DNA from: Promethearchaeum syntrophicum
Lineage (GTDB): Archaea; Asgardarchaeota; Lokiarchaeia; Sigyniarchaeales; Promethearchaeaceae
Direction: 5' to 3'
Assembly (NCBI RefSeq): GCF_008000775.2
Contig: NZ_CP042905.2
Coordinates: 2,100,001-2,132,000, forward strand
DNA length: 32,000 nucleotides
In this document: in pieces, positions 1-7,233 of the stretch
Layout: the number at the start of each line of letters is the position of its first letter
How positions within the stretch are numbered: position 1 is the first letter of the stretch
Made by a program: the position numbers and the translations under genes
Notes under the pieces: model-generated
Told to the model about the DNA's origin: nothing
The model's database searches: none
What the model saw: the letters and a program-made list of their open reading frames with translations, nothing else

Positions 1-277
1 GAACCATCCATAACAAATGATGTCCCGAAACAAGTTGTGTTCCTCCAATAAAGGGATACCAAGTTTTTATCAAAAGACTAAAAGGAATTAAACTTGAGAT
101 AAAACCTCCCATAATACCAAGAATTGAAGCAATCAATAATTCTTGAGTAGAGAAGTAATACTTTGATTTGTTATTCAAATTTTTTTCTGCCAAAGATCCA
201 GTATATTGGAGTTCTTCCTCATCAGCTTTTTGATTTGGCAGATGATTATTATTAAAATTATTATTTTTATGATCCAT
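1..277 (-). CDS. Polytopic membrane protein, N-terminal part only (gene runs off the left edge)
   Basis: Absent from the ORF track because it is truncated. ATG at 277-275 is preceded by GAGGT (288-284, 6-nt spacer), which overlaps the TAG stop of the upstream gene. The frame is open down to base 2. Translation: MDHKNNNFNNNHLPNQKADEEELQYTGSLAEKNLNNKSKYYFSTQELLIASILGIMGGFISSLIPFSLLIKTWYPFIGGTQLVSGHHLLWMV. This is a polar tail followed by at least two hydrophobic helices. Family not recognised. Confidence 0.6.
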   Translation of the reverse strand, partial: MDHKNNNFNNNHLPNQKADEEELQYTGSLAEKNLNNKSKYYFSTQELLIASILGIMGGFISSLIPFSLLIKTWYPFIGGTQLVSGHHLLWMV

Positions 278-287
278 TAAACAACCT

Positions 288-896
288 CTAAATTACAATT
301 AACGTATCGAGATATTTCACATTGAATTTGCTATTATGCACATAATCTTGATTATTATCTTCAAATATTTGCTGCATTTCTGAATCATCTTTAATGCAAT
401 CAAAATCCACTGCTGCCGCTAGAGGTCCATTACCGCCTAATTCCTTTGAATCCAAAAGTTGGCCATTTTCGTGAGTTACAATGATCACCATTTCAGGATT
501 ACTCCTGATCAGACGAATAGGAAAATTATATGTCGTGTACCCATCCATAGATTGAAATCTGATATATTCGGCATCCTCACGCAACAAATTATAAATCTTT
601 AAGATATCTAAAAGCATCACACCCGATAAGGTTCTATTATACTCTGTTCCAACACTATTTACAATATTAAATTCGACATTCTCAACACGAATAAAACTTT
701 CATTAAGAAGATATGAAATCCCTATAAATTTATCTGCATTAACGTTCCCAGTAATCCAAAGACATGAAGAATCATCACAATTTTCAAATTGATTCTTTGT
801 TTCCATGTATATATTCCAATTATAAATGAATAGGGATCCAAAAATAGCACTAAAAATTATTGTAGCGATAATAATATTTCGGGTACGGGCTTTCAT
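288..896 (-). CDS. Membrane-anchored protein with one sulfite-oxidase/YedY-like (Oxidored_molyb-type) domain, apparently without the Mo-ligating Cys
   Basis: 202 aa. N-terminal TM helix IIIATIIFSAIFGSLFIY. The rest follows the conserved skeleton of the molybdopterin-oxidoreductase fold: CLWITGNV, SGVMLLDILK, AEYIRFQSMDGY, EMVIIVTHENGQLL, GPLAAAV, NSKFNVKYLDTLIVI. No Cys sits where the Mo ligand would align by eye. Confidence 0.6.
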   Translation of the reverse strand: MKARTRNIIIATIIFSAIFGSLFIYNWNIYMETKNQFENCDDSSCLWITGNVNADKFIGISYLLNESFIRVENVEFNIVNSVGTEYNRTLSGVMLLDILKIYNLLREDAEYIRFQSMDGYTTYNFPIRLIRSNPEMVIIVTHENGQLLDSKELGGNGPLAAAVDFDCIKDDSEMQQIFEDNNQDYVHNSKFNVKYLDTLIVI

Positions 897-924
897 TTTT
901 ACTCTTCTTTAGTTTTTTAATATT

Positions 925-1815
925 TTAATTTTTGAGTCGATAAATTAAGATAAAGATTATTCCAATCGAAAATGCTATTATACCAGATGCAATTCCGATT
1001 CCATATGGCATATAATCTTTAAATCTAGGATCGAAAGAATTGGTTAAATCTAATTCGTAGGTCCATGAAATGGCATGCTCAACCGATCCGATAGAATCTC
1101 CAATTCCAGTAGAAAAGCGATAGGTGTTGTTATGTTCAAATTGCACATCAAAGTCGGGTTCATCAGTGATTAGAGAACGAATAAGTTCCACTTGATAATA
1201 GCCTTCATTGTTTATCCCTATACCGGATGTAAATGATATTGTAGGATCATTCGATTTTTCACTATCAAGCCAGCCTTCATGTCCATAAACAGTATCAAAC
1301 ATTTTCATTTGAGACCCATTATTTTGAGATAATCTAATCCATGTCCAGCTATCAACTCTTGTCCCATTTTCACTGGTTTGCATTGCTCCAGACTCTAAAA
1401 ATTGGGATACCGTAAAATCTGTACAGTTAATATTCCAACAGAGGAAAAGTTGATCTTGTCTGTTAATTGGAGTAGAATCGTTCCAACGCGCTTTAATATA
1501 TAGGTTTGAATCATCATATATGTATTTTATGAACATATAAGATTTAACACGCATATTGCTATAGTAATTATTTGCCATTGGAATTTCATATTCATGTACA
1601 TCTTGTTGATTCCAGGATTCCTCAGTAGATTCTATTCCATCAATTGTAATATTAGGAGAACTAATGTATCTTCCATAATGTCGAGTAATTCCGTGATGTA
1701 TGGAGCAATCAGAATCTGAAGCACCCCAATCTCCTTTCACATTCAATGAGAAACTTAAAATAATGGACGAAATGAGCAGTACTGTTAGAAATAATGAAGA
1801 TTTCAATTTTTTCAT
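925..1815 (-). CDS. Surface protein with EB_dh/DOMON-like beta-sandwich domain, N-terminal signal/anchor and C-terminal TM anchor
   Basis: The track ORF begins at a TTG (1833); the first ATG is 1815 (MKKLKSSLFLTVLLISSIILSF). The body shows ITIDGIESTEESW, LYIKARWND, DQLFLCW, GAMQTSENGTRVDSWTWI, YYQVELIRSL and HAISWTYEL, which is the pattern of ethylbenzene-dehydrogenase-gamma/DOMON-type heme- or sugar-binding domains. C-terminal tail: GIGIASGIIAFSIGIIFILIYRLKN. Six N-x-S/T sequons. Confidence 0.55.
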   Translation of the reverse strand: MKKLKSSLFLTVLLISSIILSFSLNVKGDWGASDSDCSIHHGITRHYGRYISSPNITIDGIESTEESWNQQDVHEYEIPMANNYYSNMRVKSYMFIKYIYDDSNLYIKARWNDSTPINRQDQLFLCWNINCTDFTVSQFLESGAMQTSENGTRVDSWTWIRLSQNNGSQMKMFDTVYGHEGWLDSEKSNDPTISFTSGIGINNEGYYQVELIRSLITDEPDFDVQFEHNNTYRFSTGIGDSIGSVEHAISWTYELDLTNSFDPRFKDYMPYGIGIASGIIAFSIGIIFILIYRLKN

Positions 1816-1854
1816 TTTCGGGTATTCCGCCAAATATAATTATGCTAAATTAAT

Positions 1855-1864
1855 AAAAAAAAAA
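1855..1864 (-). terminator. T10 tract (minus strand) between the first and second genes of the surface cluster; possible terminator or attenuator
   Basis: A10 on the plus strand at 1855-1864, which is T10 on the coding strand about 24 nt after the stop of the 393-aa gene. Oligo-T is the usual archaeal termination signal. A TATA-like CATAATTATAT follows before the next ATG. Confidence 0.3.
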
Positions 1865-1888
1865 TTTATAATTTTGAATCTATAGATT

Positions 1889-3070
1889 TCAGTTCTTTTT
1901 ACTTTTCATGACTAACGCACTAATAGCAAAAATCGAAATTATAAATAGCAATTGTACTTGAAAACCAGGAATCCAATTTTCTTCAGGTATAATTATTATT
2001 CGAATTTCCACAATTCCTCCAATATAATTTGATTTATCTGCCCCTGGTGTTATCAGCTGATATGGACCTCTTGCATAACCTAGAGGAACATCATCTGAAA
2101 TTTCCATAAGTATCGCTTGTCTTCCTTGGTGTAATAATTCTACAGGAGGATCATTTATCGTTATTCCAGTGAAACCTTGTTCTATCTGTTCTTTTGTATA
2201 TTGTACATTTTCTCCATATCCATCATATGCAATAAAACTTAATGTGTAATCCTGTTCACCTATGCTTGTATGTTTAAGTAGACTAGCAATGGTAAAACCT
2301 GTACATTCTCGTTCGTCCCAACCATATCCCGCATCAGTGTCGAAATATCCCCACTCATAGGATGTATAATTTCCAGTAACAGAAGTTGTTGCATTGTTTC
2401 TATTAAGAATTGCTTCAGTAGTTCCGTTAAGAGTAAATTCAACTGTCCAAGGATCATCATATATAATTGAATTGATATTTCTCACTTTTTGATTCCCTGC
2501 CAAATTTTCTCCCCAAAGATAAAAATCTCCGTAAGAACCACTATCATAATTTGCAAGCCAATCACCATCCCATGCTATTATAATTATTGTTTCATTTTCT
2601 GTATCTGGATGTTTGATAAAATTACCGTCTGCGAAAAGTAGTTGAGTCATATTTACTTGTTTCGAATAATCACTTGCATTAACAGTGAAATTCATAACAT
2701 CATACCATCCAGCTAGTTCCATTAAATAAATCGGATTAAATCCTACAATATCATGATAACCGTCTTTATCAATGGTGTAATTTATTAATTCAAATGTTCC
2801 GTTATCATATTTTGCATAATTTATTATATCTTCCATGCTAAAGCTAACATTAGAACCATCTCTTGTAAAGTTAATATTTACATCAGGAACAAGTTCGGAA
2901 GGTAGCGTAAAATTATACCAATCATAAGTTATTGCTGGTTTTGGTAATGTTTTAGATTCACCTACAGATAATTTTTCAGTATTTTCGAAATTTAAGGATG
3001 TCCCAGTAATTAAAAATACCATGAAGATAGAAATCAAAACCATATTAATTTTTAATATTTTTTTTTTCAT
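1889..3070 (-). CDS. Secreted, sequon-rich surface protein with two tandem sulfite-oxidase/YedY-like domains and a PGF-CTERM-like tail
   Basis: 393 aa. Signal/anchor helix ILKINMVLISIFMVFLITG. Domain 1: FSMEDIINYA, GFNPIYLMELAG, FTVNASDYS, ETIIIIAWDGDWL, GDFYLWGENLAGNQKVRNINSIIY. Domain 2: WTVEFTLNG, TGFTIASLLKH, LSFIAYDGYG, RQAILMEISDDVPL, RGPYQLITPG, NYIGGIVEIRIII. C-terminus IPGFQVQLLFIISIFAISALVMKSKKN. Twelve N-x-S/T sequons. Confidence 0.6.
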   Translation of the reverse strand: MKKKILKINMVLISIFMVFLITGTSLNFENTEKLSVGESKTLPKPAITYDWYNFTLPSELVPDVNINFTRDGSNVSFSMEDIINYAKYDNGTFELINYTIDKDGYHDIVGFNPIYLMELAGWYDVMNFTVNASDYSKQVNMTQLLFADGNFIKHPDTENETIIIIAWDGDWLANYDSGSYGDFYLWGENLAGNQKVRNINSIIYDDPWTVEFTLNGTTEAILNRNNATTSVTGNYTSYEWGYFDTDAGYGWDERECTGFTIASLLKHTSIGEQDYTLSFIAYDGYGENVQYTKEQIEQGFTGITINDPPVELLHQGRQAILMEISDDVPLGYARGPYQLITPGADKSNYIGGIVEIRIIIIPEENWIPGFQVQLLFIISIFAISALVMKSKKN

Positions 3071-3458
3071 ATTGAATCATTTTTATTGAAATATCTTATA
3101 TTTTTCATGCTTCCGATAAATAGGAATAACATTTTATAGGAATAATGAAATTCTTCAGCAATGTTCAAAATTTAATCGGATGCTTGAAGGATATTACGTT
3201 ATGGTTCATTGAACATAACGATATTCTTCTTGTAAATTAAAATTTTCTCCAAATTAAATCTTTCCATTTTTTCTTGTATTTGCATGGATATTTTTTCACT
3301 ATTTGAGACTTCTTTGGTGATTAGAACAAATCTCGGAAAGTACTGCAATAAAAAAGCAAAGTTCAATTTTCTGAATTTTTTAAAAAACCAATTTACAAAT
3401 ATTTAAATTTAGATAGGAACAAAGTGAAAATATCAAATTAATACAAAAATGATTAAAT

Positions 3459-4802
3459 ATGAGTAAATTTATCCAATTAAAAAAATTTAGGTCTCAAGCA
3501 AGTTATTTAATAATATTAACTGTGCTAATTACAATTTTATCATTAAGCACAACCGTATATTGGATCCAATATGCAAATGAAAATTATGGACATAATTGGG
3601 CAGGGGAATTCCTACCTTTATATTTTTCAAACTTCGCATTACATCTTCTTTTTTTATTAATCTCAGCCATTCCCTTAATAAAAAACCCTTTTGATTATCC
3701 CAAATTTTCAATTCTTTTATTTATAGGCGCTTTTTTCGATTCAGTTTTCCAAGGACTTTTCATTTTTACTGAATATTGGTGGATAAGTCCAAACCAGACT
3801 CTTATAAGAATATTTTTCGCACTTTATTTTATATTGAGTATTGGTTATATTCTCTTCCTAATTAAAAGCAAAAAGGATAAGAAATTGATGGTTCAACCTT
3901 ATTTTGAAGAACTAATAACTGCACAAATTAATAGCTACCAATCAATAAATTTCAACAAAGAAGGAAAAGAATTTATTGTTAAAATAAAACCAATAATTTC
4001 CCCGATTTTTGACAAAAAAAATATAAAAATATGGTGGTCAGAAGAAAATTCATTTCTAATTATCACCAATGTAGTTAATTATTTTGCGAAAAAAGCCAAT
4101 CTGGATGAAAAAATCAAATTTGATGATGTTTCTTTTGATTTAAAATTGAAACCGTATAATCTCAAACAACTTATCCTATATTTACATGATAATTTAATTT
4201 GTAAAGTGTATTTAAGTCCAGATAACCAGTACATTTTTTTTGACCCATCTGTAAGAGAGCAATATGCATCCTTACCAATTCAAAATCTGGTTCAACCGTT
4301 CTCAATATCAAATAATAATATAAATTCAGCAAATTTACAAAATAACCCATTTATGAAAAGTAAAATTACTGCGGGTCTTTTTGCAATTCTTATGGGTGAT
4401 TTTGGAGCTCATCAATTTTATTTAGGCAATACCAGTAAGGGATTACTTATGTTACTCTTTTGTTGGACAGGAATTCCTGGACTCATCGGTTTAATTGAAG
4501 GGATCATAATTTTAGGTGCTTCAGATCAAGAGTTTCTTGATAAGTTTGTTATTCCTTATTCAAACACGAAAATTTCTCAACCTCCTCAAAATATCATGAA
4601 TAAACTATCTCAACCAGTAGTTAATTCAAATATATCAAATACTACCACTATTAGATCTCCCATACTGTCAGGGGCACATAATAATCCTAACCTTGAAGCT
4701 AATATATCTAACGTATCCTCATTTTGTCCAAAATGTGGAAAGCCATTGGAAGGTTGGTTTGAGTTTTGCCCAAAATGTGGATCAAAACTGCCTATTTCGT
4801 AA
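3459..4802 (+). CDS. Multi-pass membrane protein with TM2 domain and C-terminal double zinc ribbon
   Basis: 447 aa. Four to five N-terminal TM helices and a soluble middle region. TM2-domain signature: GLFAILMGDFGAHQFYLGNTSKGLLMLLFCWTGIPGLIGLIEGIIIL. C-terminal CPKCGKPLEGWFEFCPKCGSKL (2x CxxC). Confidence 0.75.
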   Translation: MSKFIQLKKFRSQASYLIILTVLITILSLSTTVYWIQYANENYGHNWAGEFLPLYFSNFALHLLFLLISAIPLIKNPFDYPKFSILLFIGAFFDSVFQGLFIFTEYWWISPNQTLIRIFFALYFILSIGYILFLIKSKKDKKLMVQPYFEELITAQINSYQSINFNKEGKEFIVKIKPIISPIFDKKNIKIWWSEENSFLIITNVVNYFAKKANLDEKIKFDDVSFDLKLKPYNLKQLILYLHDNLICKVYLSPDNQYIFFDPSVREQYASLPIQNLVQPFSISNNNINSANLQNNPFMKSKITAGLFAILMGDFGAHQFYLGNTSKGLLMLLFCWTGIPGLIGLIEGIIILGASDQEFLDKFVIPYSNTKISQPPQNIMNKLSQPVVNSNISNTTTIRSPILSGAHNNPNLEANISNVSSFCPKCGKPLEGWFEFCPKCGSKLPIS

Positions 4803-4804
4803 AA

Positions 4805-4834
4805 TTTTTTTGCTTTTTATTTTATTGGTTTTTT
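4805..4834 (+). terminator. Oligo-T termination signals after the TM2 protein gene
   Basis: T7 (4805-4811), T5 (4814-4818) and T6 (4829-4834) lie immediately after the TAA at 4800-4802. Confidence 0.4.
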
Positions 4835-4915
4835 AAATAAATATCAAAATTATTTATTTTAACTTTTATTTAAAAAAACTCTTATCAAAATAATGGAGAA
4901 AAAATAAGCTATAGG

Positions 4916-4937
4916 AAAAAAAAAATGTGAAAAAAAA
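4916..4937 (-). terminator. Oligo-T termination signals after icd (end of the acn-aclBA-icd operon)
   Basis: A10 (4916-4925) and A8 (4930-4937) on the plus strand give T10 and T8 on the minus strand, 12-35 nt after the icd stop (4949-4951). Confidence 0.4.
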
Positions 4938-4948
4938 GGTAAGAGTTT

Positions 4949-7183
4949 TTATAATGCATTCAAGGCGTTGTTGAATGTTTCACTCGGACGCATTGCTTTC
5001 GTTGCGAGCTCATCATCTGGCTTATAATATCCATGAAGATCTACGGGATGACCTTGGACTGCAAGTAATTCATTTGTAATTTTTAATTCGTTCTCAGCTA
5101 GCACTGTAGCAAGTTTCGCGAACCGCTCTTTCATTTCTGCATCCTTTGTTTGTGCTGCAAGTGCTTGTGCCCAGTACATAGCCAGATAGAAGTGGCTACC
5201 CCGATTATCGAGTTCTTTTACCTTTCGCGAAGGAGATTTGTTATTGTCCAAATATTGTTCTATTGCCTTGTTAAGGGTCTCCGCGAGGATCAGGGCTTTT
5301 TGATTTTTCATTCGTTCACCAAAATGAGTCAACGAAATAGGAATTGCCATAAATGCCCCTAATGAATCCCAGCGTAAATGATTCTCTTGGATAAATTGTT
5401 GCACATGTTTGGGTGCTGATCCTCCCGCCCCTGTTTCAAATAATCCTCCTCCTTGCATCAAAGGCACTATTGAAAGCATTTTTGCACTGGTTCCGACTTC
5501 AAGGATAGGAAAGAGGTCAGTTAGATAATCTCGAAGCACATTCCCAGATACTGCAATTGTATCCTTACCTTGGTGAATCAGTTCACAAGCATTTTGTGTA
5601 GCTTTCTCTAAATTCATAATTTTGATGTCTAAACCAGAGGTGTCATAATCTTTTAAATAAACCTTAATTTTTTTGATGAGTTCAGCATCGTGGGCTCGTT
5701 TTTCATCTAACCAGAAAACAGTGGGATAACTTGTAGCTTTAGCTCGAGTCACAGCTAATTTCACCCAATCTTGGATAGGTAAATCCTTAGCTTGACACAT
5801 GCGGAAGAAATCACCATCTTCTACTGGTCGTTCTAGCAAAATTTCATTCGTTTCAGACACAACACGGACGATTCCTTCTCCATGAATTTCAAAAGTTTTA
5901 TCATGAGAACCGTATTCCTCTGCTTTCTCTGCCATTAATCCGATATTTTGCACTGTACCCATGGTTGAAGGATTATAAGCTCCGTGTTCTTTACAATAAT
6001 CAATAGTAGTTTGAAAAACACCAGCATAAGTACTATCCGGGATTACAAATTTTGTGTCATACGCCTTTCCATCTGACCCCCACATCTTTCCACCCATACG
6101 GATAGCCGCAGGCATACTCGCATCAATGATTACTTTACTTGGAACATGAAGGTTTGTGATTCCATTATCAGAATCCACCATGGCTAATTTCGGGTTATTT
6201 TCATAACATGTGTTGATGTCATCAGTAATTTCTTTTTGTTTTTCGGGTGGTAACTCTTTGATTTTTGTATATAATTCAGCAAGTCCATTGTTCGAGTTGA
6301 TACCAAGTTGTTCAAAAGTTTCGGCATATTTTGTAAATACTTCTTTGAAATATACCGATACAACATGACCGAATATAATAGGGTCAGACACTTTCATCAT
6401 TGTAGCTTTTAGATGAACTGAAAAGAGCACGTCTTTTGCTTTTGCATCTTTTACTTCTTCTTCTAGAAATGCACGCAAAGCTTTTTTGCTCATAACTGAA
6501 GCATCAATGATTTCCCCCGGGATCAAGGCTAATTTTTCTTTAAGAATAGTTTTCTTGCCCGATGTGTCCACAAATTCGATTGTGGAATTTCCAGCTGTTT
6601 GATCTGTGATCGTAGTTGCAATTTCATTATGAAGCAGATCTCCCGAGTTCATAGTAGCAACATGAGATTTTGATTCTTTTGTCCATTCACCCATGGAATG
6701 TGGGTGACTTTTTGCATAATTTTTTACTGGAATCGGTACTCTCCGATCTGCATTTCCCATTCTTAATACTGGATTAGCTGCACTTCCTTTTACGATATTA
6801 AATGCTGCTCGGATGCGTTTTTCTTCATCCGTCTGTGGTTTTTCAGGAAAATTAGGAATATTGTAACCTTTTTCTTGTAATTCTTTGACCGCGGCTTTTA
6901 TCTGAGGGATAGAAGCACTGATATTGGGAAGTTTAATGATATTTGCTTCGGGTTTATGAACTAATTTACCCAGTTCCCCTAAATCATAGGGCAATCTTTG
7001 TTCCTCAGTCAAATAATCAGGAAAATTCGCGATAATACGACTAGCTAATGATATATCCTTAGTGTCAACCACAACATCTGCTGCTTCGGCGAATTTCTTA
7101 ACTATGGGTAGTAGCGAATAGGTGGCAAGTCTGGGTGCTTCATCAGTTATCGTATATAGAATCTTTTCATTAGATTGATTCAT
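4949..7183 (-). CDS. icd: Monomeric (about 740-aa type) NADP-dependent isocitrate dehydrogenase
   Basis: 744 aa from the ATG at 7183; the track start at 7195 is a GTG four codons upstream. N-terminus [31 protein letters not shown] matches the monomeric IDH family (Azotobacter/Corynebacterium type, [21 protein letters not shown]). The length is diagnostic against the roughly 400-aa dimeric IDHs. Confidence 0.92.
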   Translation of the reverse strand: MNQSNEKILYTITDEAPRLATYSLLPIVKKFAEAADVVVDTKDISLASRIIANFPDYLTEEQRLPYDLGELGKLVHKPEANIIKLPNISASIPQIKAAVKELQEKGYNIPNFPEKPQTDEEKRIRAAFNIVKGSAANPVLRMGNADRRVPIPVKNYAKSHPHSMGEWTKESKSHVATMNSGDLLHNEIATTITDQTAGNSTIEFVDTSGKKTILKEKLALIPGEIIDASVMSKKALRAFLEEEVKDAKAKDVLFSVHLKATMMKVSDPIIFGHVVSVYFKEVFTKYAETFEQLGINSNNGLAELYTKIKELPPEKQKEITDDINTCYENNPKLAMVDSDNGITNLHVPSKVIIDASMPAAIRMGGKMWGSDGKAYDTKFVIPDSTYAGVFQTTIDYCKEHGAYNPSTMGTVQNIGLMAEKAEEYGSHDKTFEIHGEGIVRVVSETNEILLERPVEDGDFFRMCQAKDLPIQDWVKLAVTRAKATSYPTVFWLDEKRAHDAELIKKIKVYLKDYDTSGLDIKIMNLEKATQNACELIHQGKDTIAVSGNVLRDYLTDLFPILEVGTSAKMLSIVPLMQGGGLFETGAGGSAPKHVQQFIQENHLRWDSLGAFMAIPISLTHFGERMKNQKALILAETLNKAIEQYLDNNKSPSRKVKELDNRGSHFYLAMYWAQALAAQTKDAEMKERFAKLATVLAENELKITNELLAVQGHPVDLHGYYKPDDELATKAMRPSETFNNALNAL

Positions 7184-7233
7184 TGTTTTTCTCACTTTTT
7201 AATTAGGTTTGGGTTAAAAAAAAAGATAAGGGA

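Noticed and set aside
3145-3240. 31-codon plus-strand ORF (MKFFSNVQNLIGCLKDITLWFIEHNDILLVN) in the long intergenic region, spanning the palindrome.
   Set aside because: It is too short, has no ribosome-binding site or recognisable motif, and no supporting evidence is obtainable from sequence alone.
3317-3374. Possible C/D-box sRNA: GTGATTA (C-box-like) at 3317-3323 and CTGA (D box) at 3371-3374, followed by T6, about 58 nt apart.
   Set aside because: The C box has a mismatch to RUGAUGA, I cannot find convincing internal C'/D' boxes or a terminal stem, and such short motifs arise by chance in AT-rich DNA.
7184-7195. Upstream GTG/TTG start codons used by the ORF track for icd (7195) and likewise for 925-1833, 17312-18121, 18210-18962, 26218-28566 and 29006-29602.
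   Set aside because: In each case an in-frame ATG a few codons downstream gives an N-terminus that matches the family (icd, L10e) or begins the signal peptide cleanly. The extensions add only 2-12 unconserved residues. The true starts remain unverified.
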